Both the position numbers and the translations under genes were made by a program. A stretch of 64,000 nucleotides of DNA from Alphaproteobacteria bacterium. GTDB lineage: Bacteria; Pseudomonadota; Alphaproteobacteria; UBA828. Location of the stretch: contig CAXXVO010000012.1 in assembly GCA_963422645.2 (NCBI GenBank), positions 192,001-256,000 of the forward strand, read 5' to 3'. Each line of letters opens with the position of its first letter. Position 1 is the first letter of the stretch. The notes beneath the pieces are model-generated. The model did not search any database. It was not told where the DNA came from and worked only from the letters and a program-made list of their open reading frames with translations. Of this stretch, positions 20,990 through 32,968 are shown in pieces.

Positions 20990-21998
20990 GGTGGGCGTCT
21001 GGAGCACTTACTTCTACCCGCTCTTCCTGACCGTCGGGTACATCCTCGCGATCGTGGTGCCGCTGCTGCTGGTATTGGCCTTCATCACCTATTTCGAGCG
21101 CAAGGTCTGGGCGGCAATCCAGCTGCGCAAGGGGCCCAATGTCGTGGGTCCTTTCGGCCTGCTGCAGCCGGTGGCGGACGGGATCAAGTGTCTCTTCAAG
21201 GAGACCATCATTCCTGCCGGCGCCAACCGGATGCTCTTCGTGCTGGCGCCGATGGTGACCTTCAGCCTGGGGCTCATCGGCTGGGCGGTGATCCCCTTCG
21301 ACCAGCATCTGGTGCTCGCCGACCTGAACGTGGGGCTGCTCTACCTCTTCGCGGTCTCTTCCCTCGGGGTCTACGGCATCATCATCGCGGGCTGGGCCAG
21401 CAACTCGAAGTACGCCTTTCTCGGCGCGCTGCGCTCGGCGGCGCAGATGGTCTCCTACGAGGTCTCCATCGGCTTCGTGCTGGTGACGGTGCTGCTCTGC
21501 GTCGGCTCGCTCAACCTCAACGACATCGTCGAGGCGCAGAGGGGGCTCTGGTTCTTCATCCCGCTCTTCCCGATGTTCGTGATCTACGTGGTGTCCGCGC
21601 TGGCCGAGACCAACCGCACGCCCTTCGACCTGCCGGAGGCCGAGGGCGAGCTGGTTGCCGGCTACCAGGTGGAATACTCGTCGATGACCTGGCTGCTCTT
21701 CATGATGGGGGAGTACGCCAACATCGTCCTCTTGAGCGCGCTCAGCGTGATCCTCTTCCTCGGCGGCTGGCTGCCGCCCTTCCACGTCGAGCCGCTGATG
21801 GCGGTTCCCGGCGTGGTCTGGTTCCTGCTGAAGACTGCGGTCGTTGTCTTCTTCTTCACCTGGACCCGCGCGACGCTGCCGCGCTACCGCTACGATCAGC
21901 TCATGCGGCTTGGCTGGAAGGTGTTCCTGCCGGCCTCGCTCGCCATGGTCGTGATCGTCGCAGGCGCGCTGCACGCGTTCGACTGGTTGCCGAGGTAA
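20982..21998 (+). CDS. nuoH: NADH-quinone oxidoreductase subunit H
   Basis: GLLQPVADG and PFDLPEAE. Confidence 0.97.
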   Translation: MAEVGVWSTYFYPLFLTVGYILAIVVPLLLVLAFITYFERKVWAAIQLRKGPNVVGPFGLLQPVADGIKCLFKETIIPAGANRMLFVLAPMVTFSLGLIGWAVIPFDQHLVLADLNVGLLYLFAVSSLGVYGIIIAGWASNSKYAFLGALRSAAQMVSYEVSIGFVLVTVLLCVGSLNLNDIVEAQRGLWFFIPLFPMFVIYVVSALAETNRTPFDLPEAEGELVAGYQVEYSSMTWLLFMMGEYANIVLLSALSVILFLGGWLPPFHVEPLMAVPGVVWFLLKTAVVVFFFTWTRATLPRYRYDQLMRLGWKVFLPASLAMVVIVAGALHAFDWLPR

Positions 21999-22062
21999 GT
22001 CACTCTGGCGACGGCAGGTGGCCTGTGCTATGGCCGCGCCCGGCGCCAAATAGGAGGTCGCC

Positions 22063-22551
22063 ATGCCAGCGATTGAGCAGACAGTTCGATCCTTGCTCCT
22101 GACGGAGCTGGCGGTCGGACTCGGCGTGACCTTCAAGCAGATATTCAAGCGCAAGGCGACGCTCAACTACCCCTATGAGAAGGGCATGCTGAGCCCGCGT
22201 TTCCGCGGCGAGCACGCGCTCCGCCGCTATCCCAACGGCGAGGAGCGCTGCATCGCCTGCAAGCTGTGCGAGGCGATCTGCCCTGCGCAGGCCATCACCA
22301 TCGAGGCGGAGCCGAGGGAGGACGGCAGCCGGCGCACCACCCGTTACGACATCGACATGGTGAAGTGCATCTACTGCGGCTTTTGTGAGGAGGCCTGCCC
22401 GGTCGACGCCATCGTCGAGGGGCCGAATTTCGAGTTTGCCGCCGAGACCCGCGAGGAGCTGCTCTACAACAAGGACAAGCTGCTCGACAACGGCGACCGC
22501 TGGGAGCGGGAGATCGCCGCCAACCTGAGCGCGGAGGCACCTTACCGCTGA
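22063..22551 (+). CDS. nuoI: NADH-quinone oxidoreductase subunit I
   Basis: Two CxxCxxCxxxCP 4Fe-4S motifs. Confidence 0.97.
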   Translation: MPAIEQTVRSLLLTELAVGLGVTFKQIFKRKATLNYPYEKGMLSPRFRGEHALRRYPNGEERCIACKLCEAICPAQAITIEAEPREDGSRRTTRYDIDMVKCIYCGFCEEACPVDAIVEGPNFEFAAETREELLYNKDKLLDNGDRWEREIAANLSAEAPYR

Positions 22552-22600
22552 GCCGGCATCGGCAGGGGCGGAACGGTAAGCCAAGCGGGATCGCGGCACG

Positions 22601-23230
22601 ATGATCATCCAGACGATCATGTTCTACGTCCTCGCCGTGGCGACGGTGGGCGCGGGCGTCATGGTGATCGCCTCGCGCAACCCGGTTCACTCGGTGCTCT
22701 TCCTGATCCTGGCGTTCTTCAACTCGGCCGGGCTCTTCGTGATGATGGGTGCCGAGTTCCTGGCGATGATCCTGATCATCGTCTACGTCGGCGCCGTCGC
22801 CGTGCTCTTCCTCTTCGTCGTGATGATGCTGAACATCAACTTCGCGGAGCTGCGCGCGGGCTTCCTGCAATACCTGCCCATCGGCGGGGTCATCGGCATC
22901 ATCCTGCTTGCCGAGCTTGTGCTGGTCTTCGCCTCGGGCGTCATCGACATCGAGGTGCCGACGACGGTCGCGTCGCCGACGCCGGCCGCTGACGAGATCT
23001 CCAATACCCAGGCGCTGGGCGACGTGCTCTACACGCACTACGCCTACCTCTTCCAGGGCGCGGGATTCATCCTCTTGATCGCGATGGTGGGCGCCATCGT
23101 GCTCACCCACCGTCGGCGCACCGACGTGAGGCGCCAGCGCATCGCCGATCAGGTGGCGCGCGATCCCAAGGCTGCCGTTCAGGTCACCGACATCGAGCCG
23201 GGCGCGGAGGGGACATGGAAATCGGACTGA
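22601..23230 (+). CDS. nuoJ: NADH-quinone oxidoreductase subunit J
   Basis: NPVHSVLFL and [17 protein letters not shown]. Confidence 0.96.
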   Translation: MIIQTIMFYVLAVATVGAGVMVIASRNPVHSVLFLILAFFNSAGLFVMMGAEFLAMILIIVYVGAVAVLFLFVVMMLNINFAELRAGFLQYLPIGGVIGIILLAELVLVFASGVIDIEVPTTVASPTPAADEISNTQALGDVLYTHYAYLFQGAGFILLIAMVGAIVLTHRRRTDVRRQRIADQVARDPKAAVQVTDIEPGAEGTWKSD

Positions 23231-23523
23231 CCCATTATCTCACCGTGGCCGCGATCCTCTTCACCCTCGGCGTCGTCGGCATCTTCCTCAACCGCAAGAA
23301 CGTCATCATCATCCTGATGGCGATCGAGCTGATGCTGCTTGCCGTCAACATCAATCTGGTCGCCTTCTCGACCTTCCTCAACGACATGGTGGGCCAGGTC
23401 TTCGCCATGCTCGTGCTCACGGTCGCGGCTGCAGAGGCTGCGATCGGCCTCGCCATCCTGGTCGTCTACTTCCGCAATCGCGGCAGCATCGCCGTCGAGG
23501 ACGTCAACGTGATGAAGGGTTAG
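23215..23523 (+). CDS. nuoK: NADH-quinone oxidoreductase subunit K
   Basis: IELMLLAVN and [11 protein letters not shown]. Confidence 0.97.
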   Translation: MEIGLTHYLTVAAILFTLGVVGIFLNRKNVIIILMAIELMLLAVNINLVAFSTFLNDMVGQVFAMLVLTVAAAEAAIGLAILVVYFRNRGSIAVEDVNVMKG

Positions 23524-23529
23524 GGGCCG

Positions 23530-25458
23530 GTGCTCTATTACGCCGCGCCCATTTTCCTGCCCCTCTTCGGGGCGGTGATCGCCGGCCTGTTCGGCCGGGT
23601 GATTGGCGCGCGCGGTGCCCAGTTCGTGAGCTGCGGCGCGATGGGCGCCGCGGCGGTGATGGCGATCGTGGTCTTCACCGAGGTCGTGCTCCAGGGCGAG
23701 ACCGCGACCATCGTCCTCTTCGACTGGTTCGCCTCAGGCGATCTCGACGTCGACTGGCTGCTCAGGTTCGACGAGCTGACCGCAGTGATGGTCTTCGTCG
23801 TCTGCGTGGTCTCGTTCCTGATCCACGTCTATTCGATCGGCTACATGGCGCACGACCCCCATGTGCCGCGCTTCTTCGCCTACCTCTCGCTCTTCACCTT
23901 CTTCATGCTGGCGCTGGTCAGCGCCGACAACTTCCTGCAGATGTTCTTCGGCTGGGAGGGCGTCGGCCTCGTCTCCTATCTGCTGATCGGATTCTGGTAC
24001 AAGCGGCCGGCGGCGAATGCCGCGGCGATCAAGGCCTTCATCGTCAACCGGGTGGGCGACTTCGGCTTCGCGCTGGGCATCCTCGCCATCTTCCTGATGT
24101 TCGACACCGTCTCGTTCGACGCCGTATTCGCCGGCGCGCCAGGGATGGTGGACGCCGAGCTCACCTTCCTCGGCCATTCCTTCGACTTCCTGGAGGTCGC
24201 CTGCATCCTGTTCTTCGTCGGCGCCATGGGGAAATCGGCGCAGTTCCTGCTGCACACCTGGTTGCCGGATGCGATGGAAGGGCCGACGCCGGTCTCCGCG
24301 CTGATCCATGCCGCGACCATGGTGACCGCCGGCGTCTTCATGGTGGCGCGGCTCTCGCCGATCTTCGAATACGCGCCGATCGCGCTCTCGGTGGTGACCT
24401 TCTTCGGCGCGACGACGGCGATCTTCGCCGCGACCATCGCGATTACCCAAAACGACATCAAGCGGGTGATCGCCTATTCGACCTGCAGTCAGCTCGGCTA
24501 CATGTTCTTCGCCTGCGGCGTGTCCGCCTACGGCGCCGGCATCTTCCACCTGACCACGCATGCGTTCTTCAAGGCGCTGCTCTTCCTCGGTGCGGGCGCG
24601 GTGATCCACGCCATGTCGGACGAGCAGGACATGCGCAAGATGGGCGGCATCTGGCGCATGATCCCGGTGACCTACGTGCTGATGTGGATCGGCAACCTGG
24701 CGCTCGCCGGGATCTTCCCCTTCTCGGGCTTCTTCTCGAAGGACATCATCCTGGAGTCCGCCTTCGCCTCGCACACCGGACTCGGCATGTACGCCTTCGG
24801 ACTGGGCATCCTGGCGGCGTTCCTGACCGCGTTCTATTCGTGGCGGCTGCTCTTCCTGACCTTCCACGGCAAGCCGCGCGCCGATGAGAAGGTGATGGCG
24901 CACGTGCACGAGGCGCCGGCGGTGATGTGGGTGCCGCTGGTGGGGCTCGCCATCGGCGCCATCGTGATCGGCTACCTGATGCTGCCGATGGTGGCGACCG
25001 ACATCGACTTCTGGGGCACCTCGATCCTCGTCCTGCCGATCCATAACGCGCTGGAGGAGGCGCACCACGTCGACTTCTGGGTCAAGGCGCTGCCGATGGC
25101 GGTGGGCGTGCTCGGGATCGCCGGCGCCTTCCTGTTCTACGTGCTGAAGCCGGATCTGCCCGGCCGGCTCGCCACCCGCGCGCGGCCTGTCTACCTCTTC
25201 CTGCTCAACAAGTGGTACTTCGACGAGCTCTACGACATCCTCTTCGTGCGCTCCGCCAAGTATCTCGGGCGCAACCTCTGGAAGCAGGGCGACGGCGCCG
25301 TGATCGACGGCATCGGGCCGGATGGCATCGCCGCCGCGACGCTCTCGGTCGCACGTCGCGCGGTGAAACTTCAGTCAGGCTACGTCTATCACTACGCCTT
25401 CGCGATGCTGCTGGGGCTTGCGGCCATCGTCACCTGGTATCTGATCGCCGGCAGGTAG
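23530..25458 (+). CDS. nuoL: NADH-quinone oxidoreductase subunit L
   Basis: GWEGVGL and WLPDAMEGPTPVSALIHAATMV. Confidence 0.97.
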   Translation: MLYYAAPIFLPLFGAVIAGLFGRVIGARGAQFVSCGAMGAAAVMAIVVFTEVVLQGETATIVLFDWFASGDLDVDWLLRFDELTAVMVFVVCVVSFLIHVYSIGYMAHDPHVPRFFAYLSLFTFFMLALVSADNFLQMFFGWEGVGLVSYLLIGFWYKRPAANAAAIKAFIVNRVGDFGFALGILAIFLMFDTVSFDAVFAGAPGMVDAELTFLGHSFDFLEVACILFFVGAMGKSAQFLLHTWLPDAMEGPTPVSALIHAATMVTAGVFMVARLSPIFEYAPIALSVVTFFGATTAIFAATIAITQNDIKRVIAYSTCSQLGYMFFACGVSAYGAGIFHLTTHAFFKALLFLGAGAVIHAMSDEQDMRKMGGIWRMIPVTYVLMWIGNLALAGIFPFSGFFSKDIILESAFASHTGLGMYAFGLGILAAFLTAFYSWRLLFLTFHGKPRADEKVMAHVHEAPAVMWVPLVGLAIGAIVIGYLMLPMVATDIDFWGTSILVLPIHNALEEAHHVDFWVKALPMAVGVLGIAGAFLFYVLKPDLPGRLATRARPVYLFLLNKWYFDELYDILFVRSAKYLGRNLWKQGDGAVIDGIGPDGIAAATLSVARRAVKLQSGYVYHYAFAMLLGLAAIVTWYLIAGR

Positions 25459-25462
25459 CGGC

Positions 25463-27001
25463 ATGACCGATTGGCCGATCCTGTCCACCGTCACCTTCCT
25501 GCCGCTGGTGGGCGTATTCTTCATCCTGCTTATTCGTGGGGACGAGCGGCAGATCGCGGCCAACTCCCGCCACGTGGCGCTATGGACCTCGGTGGTCACG
25601 TTCGCGCTCTCGATCTTGCTGGTCGCGGATTTCGACACCTCGACCGCCGAGTTCCAGTTCGTCGAGTTGGTGCCGTGGCTGCCCGAGCACAACATCGGCT
25701 ACCACCTGGGCGTCGACGGGATCTCGATCTTCTTCCTGATCCTGACCACGTTCCTGATCCCGATCTGCATCCTCGCCTCGTGGGAGGCGATCGCGACGCG
25801 CGTGCGCGAATTCATGATCGCCTTCCTGGTGATGGAGACGCTGATCGTCGGTGTCTTCTGCTCCCTCGACTTCGTGATGTTCTACATCTTCTTCGAGGGC
25901 CAGCTGATTCCGATGTTCCTGATCATCGGCATCTGGGGCGGCGCGCGGCGGGTCTATTCGGCCTTCAAGTTCTTCCTCTACACGCTGGTGGGCTCGGTGC
26001 TCTTCCTGCTGGCGATCCTGTTCATGTACCTCGACGCCGGCACCACCGACATCCCGATGCTGCTCGTGCACGAGTTCGCGCCGGCGATACAGACCTGGCT
26101 CTGGCTCGCGCTCTTCGCCTCCTTCGCCGTCAAGCTGCCGATGTGGCCCTTCCACACCTGGTTGCCGGACGCCCACGTGGAGGCGCCGACGGCGGGCTCG
26201 GTGATCCTCGCCGGCATCCTGCTGAAGATGGGGGGCTACGGCTTCCTCCGCTTCTCGCTGCCGATGCTGCCGGATGCGAGCGCCTACTTCGTGCCCTTCG
26301 TCTATTCGCTGAGCGTGGTCGCGATCATCTACACCTCGCTGGTCGCGCTCATGCAGCAGGACATGAAGAAGCTGATCGCCTACTCCTCGGTCGCCCACAT
26401 GGGGATCGTCACCATCGGCATCTTCACCTTTACCGGCCAGGGCATCGAGGGCGGCATCATCCAGATGCTGAGCCACGGCATCGTCTCGGCGGCGCTCTTC
26501 CTCTGCGTCGGCGTGGTCTACGACCGCACCCACACCCGCGAGATCGCGGACTACGGCGGGCTGGTGCACCGCATGCCGATCTACGCCTTCGTGCTGATGG
26601 TGTTCACGCTGGCCGCGATCGGCCTGCCCGGCACCAGCGGTTTCGTCGGCGAGTTCATGGTGCTGGTGGGCGCCTTCCAGTCCAACACCTGGGTCGCCAT
26701 GCTGGCGCTCACCGGCGTGATCCTGGGCGCCGCCTACATGCTCTGGCTCTACCGGCGCGTGATCTTCGGCGAGCTCACCAAGGAGAACCTCAAGTCGATC
26801 ACCGACCTCAACTGGCGCGAGGTCGGCATCTTCGCGCCGCTGGTCTCGCTTGCACTGGTGCTGGGGCTCTATCCCGAGCCCTTCCTCGACGTGCTGCACG
26901 TCTCGGTCGAGAACCTGATCGCGCAGACCAAGGGGGCGCCGCCGCTGCCGATCGCCGGGCCTGAGAGCGTGCCGGTGCCCGCGCTCGCGGCGCTGAATTA
27001 G
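25463..27001 (+). CDS. nuoM: NADH-quinone oxidoreductase subunit M
   Basis: [13 protein letters not shown] and [10 protein letters not shown]. Confidence 0.97.
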   Translation: MTDWPILSTVTFLPLVGVFFILLIRGDERQIAANSRHVALWTSVVTFALSILLVADFDTSTAEFQFVELVPWLPEHNIGYHLGVDGISIFFLILTTFLIPICILASWEAIATRVREFMIAFLVMETLIVGVFCSLDFVMFYIFFEGQLIPMFLIIGIWGGARRVYSAFKFFLYTLVGSVLFLLAILFMYLDAGTTDIPMLLVHEFAPAIQTWLWLALFASFAVKLPMWPFHTWLPDAHVEAPTAGSVILAGILLKMGGYGFLRFSLPMLPDASAYFVPFVYSLSVVAIIYTSLVALMQQDMKKLIAYSSVAHMGIVTIGIFTFTGQGIEGGIIQMLSHGIVSAALFLCVGVVYDRTHTREIADYGGLVHRMPIYAFVLMVFTLAAIGLPGTSGFVGEFMVLVGAFQSNTWVAMLALTGVILGAAYMLWLYRRVIFGELTKENLKSITDLNWREVGIFAPLVSLALVLGLYPEPFLDVLHVSVENLIAQTKGAPPLPIAGPESVPVPALAALN

Positions 27002-27011
27002 GGGCGGGGCG

Positions 27012-28472
27012 ATGCAACCCTTCGTCGAGCCGGACTATCTGCCCGCGCTGCCGGAGCTCTTCCTCGCAGGCGCCTCGGTCGTCCTGCTGATGGCCGGCGT
27101 CTTCATCGGCGACCGCTCGACCCGGCTGATGACCTGGCTCGCCTGCGTCGCCATGGCCGCCGCCTTCGTCATGGTGCTGATACTCCCCGACGAGCGGACG
27201 ACCACCTTCTTCGGGCTCTTCGTGGTCGACCGCTTCGCCGCCTTCATGAAGTGCCTGGTGTTGGTGGGAGCGGCGGTGACGCTGATCGTCGGCCTCGGCT
27301 ACGTGAAGCGCGAGGGGATGAACCGCTTCGAGTTCCCGGTGCTGATCGTGTTCGCCACCCTCGGCATGATGCTGATGATCTCGGCGAACGACCTGATCGC
27401 GCTCTATGTGGGGCTCGAGCTGCAGAGCCTCTCGCTCTACATCGTCGCCGCGTTCCGCCGGGATTCGCTGCGCTCGACCGAGGCCGGCCTCAAGTACTTC
27501 GTACTGGGCGCGATCTCGTCGGGCCTGCTGCTCTACGGCTGCTCCATGGTCTACGGCTTCACCGGCGTGACCGGCTTCGAAGGGATCGCCGAAGCGCTGG
27601 CCACCACCGTGCCGGGTAACGTGGCGGCGGAGACGGGCGTCCTGATCGGGCTCGTGTTCATCGCCGCGGCGCTGGCCTTCAAGGTCTCGGCGGTGCCCTT
27701 CCACATGTGGACGCCCGACGTCTACGAGGGCGCGCCGACACCGGTCACCGCCTTCTTCGCGGCGGCGCCCAAGGTCGCGGCCATGGCGCTGCTGCTCCGG
27801 GTCTTCCTCGGCCCCTTCCACGAGCTTGCGGGCCAGTGGGACCAGATCATCATCTTCATCTCGATCGCCTCGATGGGCCTCGGCGCCTTCGCCGCCATCG
27901 GCCAGAAGAACATCAAGCGGCTGATGGCCTACAGCTCCATCGGTCATGTCGGCTACGCGCTGGTCGGGCTCTCGGCGGGCACGCCCGAAGGCATCCGGGG
28001 CGTGCTCGTCTACATGTTGATCTACATGGTGATGACCCTCGGCGGCTTCGCCTGCATCCTCGCCATGCGCCAGCGCGGCCAGATGGTAGAGGAGATCAGC
28101 GATCTCTCCGGCCTCTCCAAGACCAACCCGGCTCTTGCGTTGGCGATGGCGATCTTCATGTTCTCGATGGCGGGCATCCCGCCGCTCGCCGGCTTCTTCG
28201 GCAAGCTCTACGTGTTCCTGGCCGCGGTGGATGAGGGGCTCTACGGGCTCGCCGTCTTCGGGGTGTTGGCGAGCGTTGTCGGCGCCTACTACTACATTCG
28301 GATCGTCAAGGTGATGTACTTCGACGAGCCGACGGAAGGCTTCGACCGCCCGGTCGGCCTGGAGCTTTCCGCCGTGCTCGCGGGCACGGGCATCATCACG
28401 CTCTTCTTCTTCGCCTACCCGGCGCCCATTCTGGCCGGGGCGGAAGCCGCTGCCGCGGCGCTCATGCCCTGA
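27012..28472 (+). CDS. nuoN: NADH-quinone oxidoreductase subunit N
   Basis: EAGLKYF and [14 protein letters not shown]. Confidence 0.97.
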   Translation: MQPFVEPDYLPALPELFLAGASVVLLMAGVFIGDRSTRLMTWLACVAMAAAFVMVLILPDERTTTFFGLFVVDRFAAFMKCLVLVGAAVTLIVGLGYVKREGMNRFEFPVLIVFATLGMMLMISANDLIALYVGLELQSLSLYIVAAFRRDSLRSTEAGLKYFVLGAISSGLLLYGCSMVYGFTGVTGFEGIAEALATTVPGNVAAETGVLIGLVFIAAALAFKVSAVPFHMWTPDVYEGAPTPVTAFFAAAPKVAAMALLLRVFLGPFHELAGQWDQIIIFISIASMGLGAFAAIGQKNIKRLMAYSSIGHVGYALVGLSAGTPEGIRGVLVYMLIYMVMTLGGFACILAMRQRGQMVEEISDLSGLSKTNPALALAMAIFMFSMAGIPPLAGFFGKLYVFLAAVDEGLYGLAVFGVLASVVGAYYYIRIVKVMYFDEPTEGFDRPVGLELSAVLAGTGIITLFFFAYPAPILAGAEAAAAALMP

Positions 28473-29275
28473 GCGCGACCCCCGCCACCACGCCCCTGCC
28501 GCCGGCGACGCTGCCGCCGGGCTACGCTCTGATCGCCCTCGACGAAGCCGGCAGCACCAACGACGAGGCCAAGGAGCGCGCGGCCCGCGGCGCGCCGGAG
28601 GGCACGGTCGTCTGGGCGCGCGTACAGCGGGCCGGGCGCGGCAGACGGGGCCGCTCCTGGGTCTCGCCGCCGGGGAATCTCTACTTCTCCGTGATCCTCC
28701 GCCCGGCCTGCGAAGCGCGGAGCGTAGCCCAGCTCTCCTTCGTTGCCGCGCTTGCCGTCCTCGACCTCGTGGATGGAGCGTTGCCCGGCCAGGCGCGCTG
28801 CAAGTGGCCGAACGATGTGCTCGTGGATGGCGGCAAGGTCGCCGGCGTTCTTCTTGAATCCGCGCTCGGGCCGGGCGGGCGCGTGGACTGGGTGGTGCTC
28901 GGCATCGGCGTGAACCTCGCAAGCCATCCGGGGCTCGAGGGTCCCGTTCCTTCGACGAGCCTCTCCGCCGCTGGCGCGCCGGCGCTTGCGCCGGAGGACG
29001 CGCTCTGCTCGGTGCTGGTGGCTCTTGCCCAGCGTCGGCGGCAATGGGAAACCCAGGGCTTCGCGGCGGTACGAAGCGCCTGGCTCGCCCGCGCCCACGG
29101 TCTCGGCGGCCCCGTGACGGTCGTGAATGGCGAGCGGCGCCTGACTGGGGTCTTCGAAGCCCTCGACGAGGAGGGCGCGCTGGTGCTCGCTCAGCCGGGC
29201 GGGGAGCGACTCTCGATCGCGGCCGGCGATGTGTTCTTCGGCGATGCGGAAGCGGCGCATGCTGCTCGCGGTTGA
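28469..29275 (+). CDS. birA: Biotin--protein ligase; probable CTG start overlapping the nuoN stop
   Basis: GSTNDEA and [12 protein letters not shown] lie in frame upstream of the tracked GTG at 28691. KWPND and KVAGVL follow. Confidence 0.9.
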   Translation: MSATPATTPLPPATLPPGYALIALDEAGSTNDEAKERAARGAPEGTVVWARVQRAGRGRRGRSWVSPPGNLYFSVILRPACEARSVAQLSFVAALAVLDLVDGALPGQARCKWPNDVLVDGGKVAGVLLESALGPGGRVDWVVLGIGVNLASHPGLEGPVPSTSLSAAGAPALAPEDALCSVLVALAQRRRQWETQGFAAVRSAWLARAHGLGGPVTVVNGERRLTGVFEALDEEGALVLAQPGGERLSIAAGDVFFGDAEAAHAARG

Positions 29276-30050
29276 CGCCGGCAACACCAACACCGTCTTC
29301 GCCGTGTTCGACGAGGCCGGGGAAGGGGAAGAGGCACCGCGCGGCCAGTGGCGGGCCATGACCGACGCCCGGCGGACGAGCGACGAGTACGCGGTCTGGC
29401 TCGGGCAGCTTCTGGCGCAGGCCGGCGTGCGCCTCGCCGATATCGACGAGGCCATCGTCTCCAGCGTGGTGCCGCAGGGGATCGGCGCGCTGAAATCCCT
29501 TTGCGCCGACCATTGCGGCTGCGAGGCGCAAGTGGTCGGCGAGCCGGGGGTCGAGCTCGGCATCGCGGTCAACGTGCCCCGGCCCGAGGAGGTGGGGGCC
29601 GACCGGCTGGTCAACACGATAGGTGCCCATATCCGCCATCCGGGCGCGCTCGTCATTCTCGACTTCGGCACCGCGACCACCTTCGATTCCGTGAGCGCCG
29701 AGGGGGCGTACGAAGGCGGCATCATCGCGCCCGGTATCGGACTTTCGCTGGAGGCACTGCACCAGGCCGCTGCGCAGTTGCCGCGCATCGCGGTCAAGCG
29801 CCCCGAGCAGGTGATCGCCAAGGCGACGGTGCCGGCCATGCAGTCCGGCATCTACTGGGGCTACGTGGGGCTGATCGAAGGGATCGTTGCGCGTATGAAG
29901 GCCGAGATCGCGGCACCGGTGACGACGGTCGCAACCGGCGGGCTGGCCGGCCTCTTCGGCGATGCCACGGACGCGATCGACGCGGTCGATCCCGATCTGA
30001 CGATTCGAGGCCTGCGCGAGACTCACCGGCGCAACCGGGAAAAGCGATGA
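29259..30050 (+). CDS. coaX: Type III pantothenate kinase
   Basis: DAGNTN, GADR, DFGTATT and TGG motifs. Confidence 0.95.
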   Translation: MLLAVDAGNTNTVFAVFDEAGEGEEAPRGQWRAMTDARRTSDEYAVWLGQLLAQAGVRLADIDEAIVSSVVPQGIGALKSLCADHCGCEAQVVGEPGVELGIAVNVPRPEEVGADRLVNTIGAHIRHPGALVILDFGTATTFDSVSAEGAYEGGIIAPGIGLSLEALHQAAAQLPRIAVKRPEQVIAKATVPAMQSGIYWGYVGLIEGIVARMKAEIAAPVTTVATGGLAGLFGDATDAIDAVDPDLTIRGLRETHRRNREKR

Positions 30051-31732
30051 ACGAGCCCTCGACGGCTGCCGCGCCCAGTATGCAGCGCGACGCGCTGCAC
30101 TTCCTGCCGCTCGGCGGGGCCGGCGAGATCGGCATGAACCTCAACCTCTACGCCTGCCAGGGCCAGTGGCTGATGGTCGATCTCGGCATCACCTTTGCAG
30201 GCGACACGCTGCCCGGGATCGACGTGCTCATGCCGGACCCGGCCTTTATCGAAGAGCGTCGGAAGGACCTGCTCGCGATCGTGCTGACCCATGCCCACGA
30301 GGACCATCTGGGTGCGGTCGCCTATCTCTGGCCGAGGCTACGCTGCCCCGTGTACGCGACCCCCTTCGCAGCCGCGGTGCTGCGCGAGAAGCTGGCGGAC
30401 GCGAAGCTGCTCTCGGAGTTGCCGCTGACCGAAGTGGCGCTCTCGGGCCGGCTCGACCTCGGGCCCTTCGCGCTCACCTTCATCTCGCTCACCCATTCGA
30501 TTCCCGAGTCGAACGCGCTGCTCATCGAGACACCCTACGGGCGGGTCATGCACACCGGCGATTGGAAGATCGATCCTGACCCGTTGGTCGGCGATCCCCT
30601 GGACGAGGCCGCGCTGCGGCAGGCGGGTGAGGCCGGCGTGCTTGCGCTGGTGGGCGATTCCACGAACGCGACGGTCGAGGGAGAGTCGGGGTCGGAGGGC
30701 GAGGTGCGCGAAACGCTCACGCGTCTCATCGCCGAGCGCGAGCACGGCCTCGCCGTCACCCTCTTCGCCTCCAACGTCGCTCGGCTCGAATCGGTGGCGC
30801 TGGCGGCGCGGGATGCGGGACGAGAGCCGGTGCTGGTCGGGCGCTCGCTCCATCGCTACGTGCGGGCGGCGCGCGGCTGCGGCTATCTCGACGGCGTTCG
30901 GCTGCTCACGGAGGACGAGGGCGCGCCGCTGCACAGCGGCCAGGTGGTCTATCTCTGTACCGGCTGCCAGGGCGAGCCGCGCGCTGCGATGGCCCGGATT
31001 GCCGGCGACAGCCACCCGCGGGTGAGCCTCGGCGAAGGCGACACCGTGATCTTCTCGTCGAAGATCATTCCCGGCAACGAGCGGCCCATCGGCGACCTGC
31101 ACAACCGGCTGCTGCGGCGCGGTATCGAGGTCATCACGGAGGAGGACGCGGGCGTCCACGTCTCCGGCCATCCCTGCCGGGGCGAGCTACGCCAGATGTA
31201 CCAGTGGATCCGGCCGCAGATCGCGGTGCCGGTGCACGGCGAAGCGCGCCACATGCAGGCCCACGGCGCGCTGGCCCGCGCGCTGCAGGTGCCGGAGCCG
31301 GTCTTCGTCGAGAACGGCGACCTGCTGCGCCTCGCGCCGGGGCCGGCAAGGGTGATCGGCCGCGCGCCGGCCGGGCGGCTCGCGCTGGACGGCGAGCGGA
31401 TCGTCGCAACCAATCACGTCTCGATCGGCGCGCGGCGCAAGCTGATGCACAATGGGGCGGTCTTCGTCTCGGTCGTGGTCGACCGCAGCGGGCGCACCCT
31501 GGTCTCGCCCCAGGTCTCGGGCCGGGGCATCCTGGACGGCGAGGGCGAGCAAGAGGCGCGGGAGGCGATTGCGGCAGACGTGGCAGACGCGGTGGACTCG
31601 CTGCCGCGGGCGCAGGCCCGGGAGGAGAGTGCGATCGAGCAGGCGGTGCGGCAAGCCATCCGGCGCGCGCTGCGCGCGAGCCACGGCAAGCGCCCGGTGA
31701 TCGATGTGCAGATCTCGCGGGTGCCGGGCTGA
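30047..31732 (+). CDS. rnj: Ribonuclease J
   Basis: GEIGMN, THAHEDH, HVSGH and PVHGE. Confidence 0.95.
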   Translation: MNEPSTAAAPSMQRDALHFLPLGGAGEIGMNLNLYACQGQWLMVDLGITFAGDTLPGIDVLMPDPAFIEERRKDLLAIVLTHAHEDHLGAVAYLWPRLRCPVYATPFAAAVLREKLADAKLLSELPLTEVALSGRLDLGPFALTFISLTHSIPESNALLIETPYGRVMHTGDWKIDPDPLVGDPLDEAALRQAGEAGVLALVGDSTNATVEGESGSEGEVRETLTRLIAEREHGLAVTLFASNVARLESVALAARDAGREPVLVGRSLHRYVRAARGCGYLDGVRLLTEDEGAPLHSGQVVYLCTGCQGEPRAAMARIAGDSHPRVSLGEGDTVIFSSKIIPGNERPIGDLHNRLLRRGIEVITEEDAGVHVSGHPCRGELRQMYQWIRPQIAVPVHGEARHMQAHGALARALQVPEPVFVENGDLLRLAPGPARVIGRAPAGRLALDGERIVATNHVSIGARRKLMHNGAVFVSVVVDRSGRTLVSPQVSGRGILDGEGEQEAREAIAADVADAVDSLPRAQAREESAIEQAVRQAIRRALRASHGKRPVIDVQISRVPG

Positions 31733-31745
31733 GCGGAGCGGGACC

Positions 31746-32150
31746 ATGATCGGACGCCTGAACCATGTCGCCATCGCCGTGCCCGACCTCGCGGCGGCGA
31801 GCGCGCTCTACCGCGGGACCCTGGGCGCCGAGGTCTCCGAGCCCCTGGACCTGCCGGAGCACGGGGTGACGACGGTCTTCGTCACACTGCCCAACACCAA
31901 GCTCGAACTGCTGCATCCCTTTGGGGAGGGTTCGCCCATCGCGGGCTTCCTCGCGAAGAACCCGGCGGGCGGTATCCATCATCTTTGCTACGAGGTGGAC
32001 GACATCGCCGCGGCGCGCGAGCGCCTGGTGGCCGAAGGTGCGCGGGTGCTGGGCGACGGCGAGCCGCGCACGGGCGCTCACGGCAAGCCCGTGATCTTCC
32101 TCCATCCCAAGGATTTCTGCGGCACGCTGGTCGAGCTGGAGCAGGTCTGA
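31746..32150 (+). CDS. mce: Methylmalonyl-CoA epimerase
   Basis: LNHVAIAV, GIHHLCYEV and FLHPKDFCGTLVELE. Confidence 0.95.
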   Translation: MIGRLNHVAIAVPDLAAASALYRGTLGAEVSEPLDLPEHGVTTVFVTLPNTKLELLHPFGEGSPIAGFLAKNPAGGIHHLCYEVDDIAAARERLVAEGARVLGDGEPRTGAHGKPVIFLHPKDFCGTLVELEQV

Positions 32151-32160
32151 GGCCGCCGCT

Positions 32161-32403
32161 GTGGACATCTTCGGCATCATCGTCGTCTTCGTGATCGCCT
32201 GGTGGCTCTCCTTCTTCGTCGCGCTGCCCTTCGGGATCCGGCCGATCGAGAACCCGGAGCCCGGCCACGCGCCCGGCGCCCCGCAACGCCCGCGGCTCTG
32301 GCGCAAGGCGGCGATCGCCACCGTGGCCGGCAGCGTGATCACCGGCGCCATCGTCGGCGTCGTCGAAGCCGGCTGGCTCTCGCTCGAGACCTTCGCGGAG
32401 TAG
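32161..32403 (+). CDS. DUF1467 family membrane protein
   Basis: WW..F..LPFG and GAP..P motifs, in the usual position after mce. Confidence 0.85.
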   Translation: MDIFGIIVVFVIAWWLSFFVALPFGIRPIENPEPGHAPGAPQRPRLWRKAAIATVAGSVITGAIVGVVEAGWLSLETFAE

Positions 32404-32425
32404 GTGCGGACCGGGGCAGAGTGCC

Positions 32426-32962
32426 TTGACCAGCTATTGCGATATCGCGCCGGGGCATCCCTTCCACGGGCCCTATCACGACCGGGTATACGGCTTCCCG
32501 GTGCAGGACGACGACCGGCTCTTCGAGCGACTCGTGCTGGAGATCAACCAGGCCGGGCTCTCGTGGCTCACGATCCTGAAGAAGCAGGAGGCCTTCGTCG
32601 CGGCCTTCGAGGAGTTCGAGATTGCGCGGGTCGCGGCCTACGGCGAGGCGGAGCGGGCGCGGCTGCTGGCCGACGCGGGCATCATCCGCAACCGGCTCAA
32701 GGTCGATGCCGCCATCGAGAACGCCAGGCGAATCCAGGCGCTACAGGAGGCTCACGGCTCCTTCGCCGCCTGGCTCGACGCCCATCATCCGAGGCCGCAT
32801 GCGGACTGGGTCAAGCTCTTCAAGGCGCACTTCAAGTTCACGGGCGGCGAGATCTGCCGCGAGTTTCTGATGTCCACCGGCTATCTGGAAGGCGCCCACC
32901 GGCCGGACTGCCCGGTCTACGCCGAGATCATGAAGCAGGCCCCGCCCTGGACCCGTGCTTAA
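32426..32962 (+). CDS. tag: DNA-3-methyladenine glycosylase I
   Basis: YHD, QAGLSW, IIRNRLK and the C-terminal H...C zinc ligands. Confidence 0.9.
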   Translation: MTSYCDIAPGHPFHGPYHDRVYGFPVQDDDRLFERLVLEINQAGLSWLTILKKQEAFVAAFEEFEIARVAAYGEAERARLLADAGIIRNRLKVDAAIENARRIQALQEAHGSFAAWLDAHHPRPHADWVKLFKAHFKFTGGEICREFLMSTGYLEGAHRPDCPVYAEIMKQAPPWTRA

Positions 32963-32968
32963 CCCGAA

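Noticed and set aside
14250-32351. Many long antisense or alternate-frame ORFs over the nuo-rnj operon (e.g. 26808-30026, 1072 aa)
   Set aside because: Shadow ORFs expected from high-GC codon bias. They show no recognisable motifs and overlap well-conserved genes.
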